Assembly (NCBI GenBank): GCA_050951845.1
Contig: JBMNJV010000001.1
Location: 712,304 to 776,303, forward strand
Direction: 5' to 3'
DNA length: 64,000 nt
DNA from: Saccharofermentanales bacterium
GTDB taxonomy: Bacteria; Bacillota; Clostridia; Saccharofermentanales; DTU023
Part shown: positions 9,047 through 18,292 of the stretch, in pieces
Layout of the letters: the number at the start of each line of letters is the position of its first letter
How positions within the stretch are numbered: the first letter of the stretch is position 1
Notes under the pieces: model-generated
The model's database searches: none
Seen by the model: the letters and a program-made list of their open reading frames with translations, nothing else
What the model was told of the DNA's origin: nothing
Made by a program: the position numbers and the translations under genes

Positions 9047-9320
9047 TTCTGATATGCCCTTTCTGCATTCATTAGTATAACTTATTTCATGTTAGTTTTA
9101 CAGCAAAAATTGGCTAAATCTTTGAAAAACAGAATGGTGCTATTTATGGAAAGAGGAGAATATCGACCTGTTACATAAGGCAGTTGTAATGGAAGGGGAA
9201 CTGAAACTTCCGGCTCCTTTTCTCCTTGTACGCCTGCTGTACGAATACCGGGAGTTGATGACCTCTTTTCATATAGTTTTTATACTTTTCGAAAAATGGC
9301 GATCCGGTATATCGTGATGG

Positions 9321-10460
9321 CTAACGATAGATCATTCTGTCCCGCCCCTCTCGTTTGGCGCGATAGAGATTTTTGTCCGCGGCTTCTATAAAGTTAGAGT
9401 AAGAGATCCCCTTGTAATAACCAGTGAGTCCGCCAGAAATTGTAACCGGCTTACCATGGCTCCATTCATGTGCCCTCACATGATCGCCGAGTGACCGGAC
9501 TTTGGTCAATGCTTTCGCCGGGGTTTTACCCGGAAACAGCACCACAAACTCTTCGCCGCCATATCGACCGAAGATCTCTCCTTCTGTCAGAATGGCCTTC
9601 ATGATTTGCGCTATATTGAACAGTACTTCGTCACCAAACTCGTGTCCGTAAGTATCGTTTATTTGTTTAAAATGGTCGATGTCCAGGATGCAAAGCGTCA
9701 ATTGCGAGCCTGTGTCGTATGCCCGGCGCATTTCCTCATCGATGCTCACGGACAGGAAGCGGCGGTTATATAAGCCGGTCAGGGGATCTGTCAGCGAGAT
9801 TTGCTCCAAACGACGCACCAAGCGCATCTTTTCATCCTGCATCCTGATATATTGCTCCATCACCACGTTAATTAAAATAGTATTGACCATGAAACTCATG
9901 GTCAGACCGAACGCCAGATCCGAATAGTGTTCTGTACGGGAGATATACGGTATGACAATATCCGGGAAATTGTATTCCAGCACGACAAACGCAATTAACA
10001 TGATCGCTTCCATGACCAGCATGCCGGTGCGCACGGCTCCTCTGAAAACGATAGCTATACATATACCGCCCGTGAGCATCATGGGTGCGGTGGAGCCGGT
10101 CGCCCCGCCGACCGTGAACCATAGAAAAGGAATCAGAAAAAACACGGAGGTGCCCAGGACAATCACTGCAGCTCCGTGCCAACGTTTTTTGACTACACTA
10201 TAGAATACGCTTGAAATGGTTACCGCAAGATACAATATAAGTACCGGCAACGTAAACCTGCCTATACCCCTCAGCAAATTATAACCGAGTCCGAATATCG
10301 ACATAAGAATACCTGCGGCGGCAGTGTACAAAAAGACAAGGTGATCCAGCGGAAGCTCCCTATTGTAAAATTGTTTAAGAGTTCCTTTGAGCAAACTGAT
10401 TATTGTTTGACCAGAAGTGCTTCCCTTATTATCTTCTGTTTTTTTTAAGTTATTTTGCAT
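9321..10460 (-). CDS. Membrane-bound diguanylate cyclase (polytopic N-terminus plus GGDEF)
   Basis: Intact RYGGEEF motif. ATG 10460 (MQNNLKK) follows GAGGAG; the track start at 10544 has no RBS. Visibly GC-richer than its neighbours. Confidence 0.85.
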   Translation of the reverse strand: MQNNLKKTEDNKGSTSGQTIISLLKGTLKQFYNRELPLDHLVFLYTAAAGILMSIFGLGYNLLRGIGRFTLPVLILYLAVTISSVFYSVVKKRWHGAAVIVLGTSVFFLIPFLWFTVGGATGSTAPMMLTGGICIAIVFRGAVRTGMLVMEAIMLIAFVVLEYNFPDIVIPYISRTEHYSDLAFGLTMSFMVNTILINVVMEQYIRMQDEKMRLVRRLEQISLTDPLTGLYNRRFLSVSIDEEMRRAYDTGSQLTLCILDIDHFKQINDTYGHEFGDEVLFNIAQIMKAILTEGEIFGRYGGEEFVVLFPGKTPAKALTKVRSLGDHVRAHEWSHGKPVTISGGLTGYYKGISYSNFIEAADKNLYRAKREGRDRMIYR

Positions 10461-10623
10461 TATCACGATCTCCTCGTTGTCATGATTGCTTGGATCCCGA
10501 AAGACAGCAGAGAATGGCTGTTTCAGAACAATATCAGCTGCCATATTATACTCTTTTCCTCAAGAATAATCGATATTTCTACCGTCTTTTGAATCTTGGA
10601 CAAGTCATGCAGCAAACTTGAGC

Positions 10624-10667
10624 CGGATAATTTTAAAATACCGCTCGGATCATTTTGAAATACCGCA
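10624..10667. repeat. Tandem 22-bp direct repeat in the divergent promoter region
   Basis: CGGATAATTTTAAAATACCGCT and CGGATCATTTTGAAATACCGCA, 19/22 identical, lying between the GGDEF gene (minus) and the EAL gene (plus). Confidence 0.5.
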
Positions 10668-10848
10668 AGGTGAGAATATAAAAATCATAGTAACAATAAG
10701 TATGCGTAATCTCTAAAATCACTTGGTTTTTTCCCGGCGCTACCGGACCAAAAGGACGAACTTGCTTGAAAGATAGCAAAAAATGGGATAGGATTAAGTT
10801 ACCATCAACATCGACAACGTTTAAGTTCTTTACTTCAGGAGTAAGACC

Positions 10849-13800
10849 ATGAAATATGATTTAATCCTATCAATAATTTTTTATGTTTGCTCTTGTTTTT
10901 ATGTGATTTTCAGTGCGTATTTAGTAGTCAATAATGTAAATAATAAGGTCAACAGGCTGTTTGTGATTCTGACAAGTTCAATGGTTACCTGGACATTAGC
11001 TTATTCTATTGCAAATTCAGCACCTACAGCGGAAGTGAATATTTTTTGGAGATGCGTGTCCGTTTTCGGCTGGGGAATATTTTACAGCGTTCTTCTTCAC
11101 TTTGTTCTGCTTCTGACAAAAACGGAAATACGATTAAATAAGCGAACTATGCTTGCTATACTCTATTTGCCCTCTGTTATAAATATAATTCTATATGCGC
11201 CCTTCGGATTACTTGGAAAGAATCAATATCAAGTGGTGAAGACTGACTTCGGCTGGATAGACATACTTCCCTTAGATATGGGAAAACTTTGGATCAACCT
11301 GTACCCTGTCTTATTTACGGTTCCAAGTATTATATTAATTATTCGCTGGAGGAGAAATCTTGAATCTCACAGCCTTGTGAAGCGACAGGCAACAATTTTT
11401 TTAATAACCGTAATTGCTCCCTTCATTGTGGGAGGAACAACAGATATTTTACCTGATATTCTCGGGACAGAATCCTATCCGAAAATAGCGAGTATATTTA
11501 TTACAGTTCCCGTGACTACGCTGTTTCTGGCATCGAAAAGATACGGGTTATTTCTGGAAAAGAGAAGGGAGGTAGTAATATATCGGGAAACTGAATTATT
11601 TGCGGACAGCAACCGATTGCGATTGTTTGAAACGGCAGCTGCAGTATTTATAGTAGGTGCTTTCGGAGCCTTTTTTACAGGATATTTTATTGCGGGAGGA
11701 GATTTAACAACGGAGCTTTTGCTCGCTTTTTTTGTATTTCTTCTTGGGATGTCTTTAGTTTCTATACCGCATATAGTAACAAAGCGTTCCGTTCAGAATA
11801 CCCTCTTCCTGATAATAAGCATAGCGGGTATGACTGCTTTCATGATTACGGGCATTGATAAGGGAGCAGTAACAGTATGGGCAGTGTATGTGGTATTTCT
11901 TCTCTATACCGTTGTTCTCAACAGTAATATCCATGCGATTCTGTTTTTTGCAGCAACCCTGATAACTCAAGTTGTTATTGGGATAGCTCGGCCGAAGGCT
12001 TCTGTTATTGTCGATAGTACTCAGTATCTGAAAAGAATCTTTATTATTGCACTTTCTTATTATGCCGTGCGATATCTGTCAACTGAATATGCTTTAAAGA
12101 TAAAGGGGTATCGGAGATTTTCAAGAGAACAGGGAGTGCTTGAAAAAATTTCTTCCAGTTTTATTTCTATTAGTAAAGAAAACGCTGAAGAAAAAATTGA
12201 TGAAATGCTGGAGATGTCTGCTGAAATACTTGATTTCAGCCATGCTTGTTTAGTCGAATTCAGCAAGGATTACAAAGATGCAACAATTCTTAATACGTAT
12301 GTTAAAAGCGTTGAGAGCGAATCATTTCCTTTTCAGCCGGGAATGAAAGTTAAGACGGCCACTTTGCCCATGGCCCAATCTATGATCGAACGAAACACAC
12401 CGATAATGTGTGAAGATGTCGCAATTGTTACGGCTGACGAATCTGAAGAGCGAAGAGATTTTTTCCTGTCAAGAGGAGTGAATTCCTTTTTTGCACTGCC
12501 GGTAACGCTTGATGAAAAAACAATAGGAATGCTTATTACTGAATACTCTGACCGGTGCGACACAAATTTCAGAGAAAGCCGGTTAAACTTTTTAAAAATT
12601 GTTGCAAATATATTGGGCGACGCAAGAAAAAAGACCTTGTACGAAGAAATGCTATATAATTTCGCATATTTTGATGAAACCACAAAATTGGCGAACAGAA
12701 ACATGCTGAAAAAAAGGCTGGAGCAAATCATAGATGCCAGAAAAGGGTCAGAGAAAATCGCCGTTTTAGGTATTGAGATAGAGAACCTCAGGATGATAAA
12801 GGATACGTTCGGTCACGATACAGGGGAACAGATCATGATAGAGGCGGCGAAAAATCTTGATAATCTGCTGGAGAACTGTTGTGATATCTCACGGAAAGCT
12901 GAAGGAGAGTTTGTTGTTGTTCTGCCTGATGCAGAAAATACTAAACAAATAAAGAAGTGTGCAAAAAGACTGCTTGATTCTTTTTCTCATCCTGTATCAA
13001 CCAGGACGGGAATAGAAGCATTATTTGTTGTTGTTCATATGGGCATATCCATATATCCGGATGATGGAAGAGATGCTGATACTCTCTTGAAGAATACCGA
13101 TCTGGCAGTCTATCAAGCGAAAAATACGAATGAGGATATTGTTTTCTATACAGAACTCCTGGAAAGCAATATTGCGGAAACTACATTGTTCACGAACAGG
13201 CTATTCAAATCGTTGCAAAACGAAGAGTTTTTCCTGGAGTTTCAACCTCAGATTAACTGTGAAACGGGGCAAATAGTCGGGATTGAAGCCTTGCTCAGAT
13301 GGACGGTTGACGGTACTGAGCGGGTACCGCCGGACAGATTTATCCCCATACTGGAGCACACGGGACTGATTTACGATGTGGGTCTCTGGGTGCTGGAACA
13401 AGCGCTTCAAGAGCATAACAGACTCATAGCCAAGGGATATCCGCCACTTCGCGTTTCCGTAAACTTATCGGTTGTGCAATTCCAAAGAGAAGAATTCATT
13501 CCTGATTTTGCAAAAATTATAGAGGAAAGCGGAGCGGACCCGAAGTATATTGAGCTGGAGATTACGGAAAGCTTGTTTTCTAAAGATCCTGAGGACGTAC
13601 TTGCTAAAATATACAAATTAAAAGATTTAGGAGTCAGGATTGCCATAGATGATTTCGGCAAAGGCTACTCCTCATTAAGCCGGTTGAAAATAGTGCCTTT
13701 TGACAGAATAAAAATAGATAAAGAGATCATAGATTATATAGACTTAGACAGAAAAACGGCTCCGATAACGGAAATTATTATCCTGTTAGGAAATACTTTC

Positions 13801-13968
13801 AAGGCGGGTATTACCGCTGAAGGTGTAGAGACAAAGGAGCAGGCGGATTTTCTGAAAAGCATAGATTGCGATGAAATACAAGGCTTCTATTATTCAATGC
13901 CTCTGTCGACGCAAGCACTGGAAGAGTTTCTTAAAATTAATAAAGCAGGTATCTCCGGAAAGAAATAA
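10849..13968 (+). CDS. c-di-GMP phosphodiesterase: polytopic sensor, GAF-like region, degenerate GGDEF (AEGEF), EAL
   Basis: The EAL domain has the EALLRW, NLS, EITES, DDFGKGYSSL, KIDK, EGVE and QG motifs. The GGDEF signature is replaced by AEGEF. AGGAG RBS. Confidence 0.9.
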   Translation: MKYDLILSIIFYVCSCFYVIFSAYLVVNNVNNKVNRLFVILTSSMVTWTLAYSIANSAPTAEVNIFWRCVSVFGWGIFYSVLLHFVLLLTKTEIRLNKRTMLAILYLPSVINIILYAPFGLLGKNQYQVVKTDFGWIDILPLDMGKLWINLYPVLFTVPSIILIIRWRRNLESHSLVKRQATIFLITVIAPFIVGGTTDILPDILGTESYPKIASIFITVPVTTLFLASKRYGLFLEKRREVVIYRETELFADSNRLRLFETAAAVFIVGAFGAFFTGYFIAGGDLTTELLLAFFVFLLGMSLVSIPHIVTKRSVQNTLFLIISIAGMTAFMITGIDKGAVTVWAVYVVFLLYTVVLNSNIHAILFFAATLITQVVIGIARPKASVIVDSTQYLKRIFIIALSYYAVRYLSTEYALKIKGYRRFSREQGVLEKISSSFISISKENAEEKIDEMLEMSAEILDFSHACLVEFSKDYKDATILNTYVKSVESESFPFQPGMKVKTATLPMAQSMIERNTPIMCEDVAIVTADESEERRDFFLSRGVNSFFALPVTLDEKTIGMLITEYSDRCDTNFRESRLNFLKIVANILGDARKKTLYEEMLYNFAYFDETTKLANRNMLKKRLEQIIDARKGSEKIAVLGIEIENLRMIKDTFGHDTGEQIMIEAAKNLDNLLENCCDISRKAEGEFVVVLPDAENTKQIKKCAKRLLDSFSHPVSTRTGIEALFVVVHMGISIYPDDGRDADTLLKNTDLAVYQAKNTNEDIVFYTELLESNIAETTLFTNRLFKSLQNEEFFLEFQPQINCETGQIVGIEALLRWTVDGTERVPPDRFIPILEHTGLIYDVGLWVLEQALQEHNRLIAKGYPPLRVSVNLSVVQFQREEFIPDFAKIIEESGADPKYIELEITESLFSKDPEDVLAKIYKLKDLGVRIAIDDFGKGYSSLSRLKIVPFDRIKIDKEIIDYIDLDRKTAPITEIIILLGNTFKAGITAEGVETKEQADFLKSIDCDEIQGFYYSMPLSTQALEEFLKINKAGISGKK

Positions 13969-14092
13969 AGCAGGTATCTCCGGAAAGAAATAAAGCAGGT
14001 ATCCCCGGAAAGTAATGAAGCAGGTATCCCCGGAAAGTAATGAAGCAGGTATCCCCGGAAAGTAATGAAGCAGGTATCCCTTGAACGCGTGC
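13941..14092. repeat. 25-bp tandem repeat x 6 overlapping the stop codon of the EAL gene
   Basis: GCAGGT recurs at 13945, 13970, 13995, 14020, 14045 and 14070. The first unit encodes the last ~9 aa (NKAGISGKK) and the TAA. Confidence 0.9.
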
Positions 14093-14249
14093 CTTTTGCG
14101 GTTTTCTTCATTTAACGCAAATACAGGCCTTCTTTGACGATAAATTTGCATTTATATAATCGTTTAATACCGGAAATAAGGCTGTGATAATGATCACATC
14201 TTGCAGAAAATGAATCAGTCGAGTTCTCAAAAATCCCTGCCGAATGTTC

Positions 14250-14359
14250 TTGTATCATTCTTTTACAAGAAATTCTTCCGGTGTTTCTGCCGATTTAAAT
14301 GGTCTTTGCAGGATATTGTATCATTCCTTTATAAGAAATTCTTCCAGTGCTTTTGCCGA
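14250..14359. repeat. 66-bp-period tandem duplication of the 3' end of the minus-strand EAL paralogue
   Basis: TTGTATCATTC...TGCCGA at 14250-14293 and 14316-14359. The second copy holds the real stop (14321-14323). The first would encode SAETPEEFLVKE*, against the real SAKALEEFLIKE*. Confidence 0.8.
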
Positions 14360-17300
14360 GAGGGCTCTCGAATAATAGTGTCCTTGTATTTCGTCGCAGT
14401 CAATATTTATCAGAAAATCTGCATGTTCTTTGGTTTCCACACCTTCAGCGGTAATACTTGCATTGAAAGCTTTTGCTAATAAAATGATAACTTCCGTTAT
14501 AGGAACTCTTTTTGTTTCTAAATTTATATACTTTATCATGTCTTTGTCGATCTTTATTCTGTCAAAAGGTATCAAATTTAATCGGCTTAATGACGAGTAG
14601 CCTTTGCCGAAATCATCGATGGCAACACTTACTCCCAAGTCTTTTAATGTGTACAGCTTTTCACTGACATCTTCAGGATTTTCAGAGAACAAGCTTTCTG
14701 TAATCTCCAGCTCAATATACTTAGGATCTACCCCGCTTTCCTCTATAATTTTCGCAAAATCAGGAACTAATCTTTCTTCCCGGAATTGTCCGATCGATAA
14801 GTTGACAGCAAAGCGCAGAGGCGGAAGTCCCCTTGTTATAAGTCTGTTATGCTCTTGAAGCGCCTTTCCCAGCACCCAGAGCCCAACATCATAAATCAAT
14901 CCGGTGTGCTCAAGTATGGGGATAAATCTTTCCGGTAAAACTCTTTCATTACCGTCAGTCTTCCACCTGAGCAAGGCTTCAACTCCGACAGTTTTTCCTG
15001 TTACACAGCTGATTTGAGGTTGAAATTCCAGAAAGAACTCTTCATTTTGCAACGAATTGAAGAGCCTGTTCGTAAACAAGGTGTTTTCTGCAATCTGACT
15101 TTCCAGTCGCCCGGTATAGAAACCAATCTTTTCGCTGGCACTTTTAGCTTCATATCTTGCCAGATTAGCATTCCTCAAAAGAGTATCTGCATCTTTTCCG
15201 TTATCCGGATACACAGATATGCCTATACCGACAACAACGAATAATGATTCTATTACAGCAGAGGCTGATACAGGACGAGAAAAAGATTTAAGTATTCTTT
15301 TGGCACACTTCTTTATTTGTTTAGTATTTTCTACAGTCGGCAGAACTACGACAAAATTCCCTTCACTTGATCTGGCGATATCATATGAACCCTCAAACAG
15401 ATTTTCGAGAATTGTTGCCGATTCGATCATTATCTGTTCTACTACACTATGACCGAAGGTATCGTTAATCATCCTGAGGTTCTCAATTTCAATATCCAGA
15501 ACAGCTATTTTCTCAGATCCTTTTCTACTACGTATCATTTGCTCAAGTTCTATTTTCAGCATGCTCCTGTTCGCCAATTTTGTAGTTTCGTCAAAATAAG
15601 CAAAGTCAAAAAACTTTTTTTCGTATAAGAACTTTTTCCTTGCATCTCCCAATATATTTACAAGAATTTTCAATAAATATAATCGGCCTTCCGCGAGGTC
15701 TATATCAATCCTGTCTTTATATTCAACAACAATCATTCCCTGTATTTCCTGATCAACTTTTATAGGGAGGGCAAAAAAAGATTTTATTCCTCTTGACAGG
15801 AAAAAATCTTTTTGCTCTCCGCCTTCGTCAGCGGAAATGTTTGCGATGTCTTCACACATCATTGGCATATCCTGACCGATCAGAGGCTTAATCATGGGCA
15901 AAGTCGCTGACTTGACTTTCATTCCCGGCTGAAAGGGAAATGATTCGTTATCAACTGTTTTCGCACAAATATTCAGAATCGTTGTCTCTTCGTAATCTTT
16001 GCTGAATTCGACCACATAGGCATGATTAAAGTCAAGTATTTCGTCGGCCATTTTCAACATTTCATCGATTTTCTTTTTGGCGTTTTCTCTGTTAATAGAA
16101 ATAAAACTGGAAGAAATCCTTTCAAGCACTTCCTGTTCTCTGGCAAACATCTTATAATCCTTCACTTTTAAGGCATATTCTGTTGTCAGATATCTTACAA
16201 TGAAATAAGAAAGTATAATGACAAAAATTCTTGTCAGATACTCATTGCCATCGATGGTGACAGAAACTTTCGGATATGCTATCCAAAAAATGACCTGCAT
16301 TACTACGCAGACTACAGTGAAGACGATGGCATTGATTCTATCCTCAAGGATAACGGTAAGCAGAAGAAAGAATATGTATACAGACCATAATGTTAACGCT
16401 CCTGTTTTAGTGTTTGTTATCATAATATACATCATACCTAAGAAGCTTATTACAAGAAAAATGATATTTTGGGCAGTCTGTTTTTGCGTTATGAGCGGTA
16501 TAAATCTTACAAAAATTCCGATTAAAAATAAAGTTGCTGCGAGCAAAAGCTCAATTTTCAACTTTCCTTTCATGCCAAAATACCCTATAAAAAAGGATAT
16601 GGCGCCGGCTATTAAGAAAATCGTTGTTACTATTGGAAATAAACGCTCCCTGTCTGCGTCCAGGTTTTTTTTGATCTCTGACAATGAGTATGTTTTCCTT
16701 TGTCTATCAGAAAGTAACCCCAATTTTTTCAATACTAAAAAGAGCATTATTGTAGGGATTAGCAGAAATAAAACGGGTATTTTAGGAAAAAACTTTTTTC
16801 CAAGAAGGTCAGGTAACGCTTCTATTACTAATTCTACTAAAAAAAGAAGGATTATAGATATTAAAAAATTTCTTGCATACCGCTTCGCAAGAGTATGTGA
16901 CTCAATTTTTTTCCACCAGCGAATGAGCAATATAAGAGTTACAAGGGAAAATATTGTATAGTATAAGCCAAGCCAAATATCTGCGGCATATACAGGAGCT
17001 AAGTTTATCCAGCCGTAGTCAGTCTGTACCATTGCATATTGCTTCTCCACAAGGTAGCCGAAAGGTCCGAATAGAATGATATTTATTACAGAAGGTAAAT
17101 AAAGTAAGACCAAGATGCCTCGTCTGCTTAATCGGTTTTCATGTTTTGTGAGAACAAGTACAAAGTGGAGTAAAATGCTGCTGAAAACTCCCCAACCGAA
17201 AACGGAGAAGGATCTCCAATAGGCACTCACTTCCGCTGTAGGTGCTGAATTTGAAATGGAATATGAAAATGACCAAATAGTCAATGAACATGCCAGAAGC

Positions 17301-17416
17301 AGAAATAGTCTGTTGACTTTGCTTTTTGTGTTAGCGCTTATAGTAATTGCACCGAAAATCATATAAAAACAACCGCAAATATAAAGTATTATTGAAAGCA
17401 TGAGACTATATTTCAT
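14321..17416 (-). CDS. Paralogous c-di-GMP phosphodiesterase: polytopic sensor, GAF-like region, degenerate GGDEF (SEGNF), EAL
   Basis: Collinear with 10849-13968 along its whole length and clearly paralogous. EAL motifs are intact and GGDEF is degenerate. GGAGG RBS. Confidence 0.9.
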   Translation of the reverse strand: MKYSLMLSIILYICGCFYMIFGAITISANTKSKVNRLFLLLACSLTIWSFSYSISNSAPTAEVSAYWRSFSVFGWGVFSSILLHFVLVLTKHENRLSRRGILVLLYLPSVINIILFGPFGYLVEKQYAMVQTDYGWINLAPVYAADIWLGLYYTIFSLVTLILLIRWWKKIESHTLAKRYARNFLISIILLFLVELVIEALPDLLGKKFFPKIPVLFLLIPTIMLFLVLKKLGLLSDRQRKTYSLSEIKKNLDADRERLFPIVTTIFLIAGAISFFIGYFGMKGKLKIELLLAATLFLIGIFVRFIPLITQKQTAQNIIFLVISFLGMMYIMITNTKTGALTLWSVYIFFLLLTVILEDRINAIVFTVVCVVMQVIFWIAYPKVSVTIDGNEYLTRIFVIILSYFIVRYLTTEYALKVKDYKMFAREQEVLERISSSFISINRENAKKKIDEMLKMADEILDFNHAYVVEFSKDYEETTILNICAKTVDNESFPFQPGMKVKSATLPMIKPLIGQDMPMMCEDIANISADEGGEQKDFFLSRGIKSFFALPIKVDQEIQGMIVVEYKDRIDIDLAEGRLYLLKILVNILGDARKKFLYEKKFFDFAYFDETTKLANRSMLKIELEQMIRSRKGSEKIAVLDIEIENLRMINDTFGHSVVEQIMIESATILENLFEGSYDIARSSEGNFVVVLPTVENTKQIKKCAKRILKSFSRPVSASAVIESLFVVVGIGISVYPDNGKDADTLLRNANLARYEAKSASEKIGFYTGRLESQIAENTLFTNRLFNSLQNEEFFLEFQPQISCVTGKTVGVEALLRWKTDGNERVLPERFIPILEHTGLIYDVGLWVLGKALQEHNRLITRGLPPLRFAVNLSIGQFREERLVPDFAKIIEESGVDPKYIELEITESLFSENPEDVSEKLYTLKDLGVSVAIDDFGKGYSSLSRLNLIPFDRIKIDKDMIKYINLETKRVPITEVIILLAKAFNASITAEGVETKEHADFLINIDCDEIQGHYYSRALSAKALEEFLIKE

Positions 17417-18292
17417 TATAAAACCTCCAAAACAGGTCTTTAAACTTTAGTTTGTTGGCAGTTTGTCAGTTTTTCTTAATACCTTTAGATTTTTAAGTAG
17501 TTTTGTCGCTTTTTCTAATATTTGCGATGGTAGATTCGGCGGTGAAAAATTCCTAAATATTGGAGGGTACAAGGTGCTTGAAACGGGTATCTCATTTACC
17601 TGAAGGTAATGACCGGAGTTCTTCAAGCAATAGCAACAAAGCGCCCGCAGTCTGAGTCTGATATTACACTATAATACCATGAATAAATACAATTTTACTA
17701 GCATAGTAATACACCATGCCTGATAAGGATGCAGCAAGGTTGGATAACGACAAGACAGGCCCATATCGGAAAGAACGATATAGGGGAGGTGAAATCAACC
17801 AAGACACCCGGGCTGATATCTGATTATCTTGTTTATACGAAAATCTAACTCTGCTCAAAAAAGCCATTCAGACTAGATGCAGTCAAAACGCAATGATGTC
17901 TTATCCACATGATGCCATCCCATACCTTACAACAGAGAAAAGTTAAAAAACAAGAAAAAGATTCAAAAAATTCTTGACCAGTTTAAGGTTTTGTCCTAAG
18001 GGTCTCTATTAGGGATCTACAATCTAGTTAATTTAATAATATTGTAACTAAGAAACAAAAATATAGAATGTAGGTTTTTCTGTGACCCGACGGGGATTTT
18101 TCCATCATTTTTTTTGTTTTTTGATAATTATTTACTCGAAAATGCTATGTGTAACCTTGGTGTAACCGCTGCTTCTTAAGATATGAACAGAAACTATAAA
18201 AGGAAAGATGTTTGTTGCCGCTTAAGACAGGCACGAACGAATGAACGAACTGTAAAACATCCTCATCAAAATAAAAAAAAAGGAGGGGAAAT

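Noticed and set aside
679-10686. A 16-nt exact match GGTGAGAATATAAAAA at about 679 and about 10670.
   Set aside because: A single AT-rich 16-mer match within 64 kb is about what chance allows. There is no second shared feature around it.
13890-14151. Minus-strand ORFs of 73 and 85 aa across the 25-bp repeat.
   Set aside because: They are repeat-generated frames (reiterated GIPASLLSGDTCFI). They lie between two convergent genes and have no translation signals.
17417-18292. A c-di-GMP riboswitch (class I or II) in the 875-bp region upstream of the giant adhesin gene.
   Set aside because: I could not find the GGCAAAC / ACGCAAAGC-type conserved segments I remember for GEMM-I, nor a convincing class II core. 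An Infernal scan is needed before excluding it completely.
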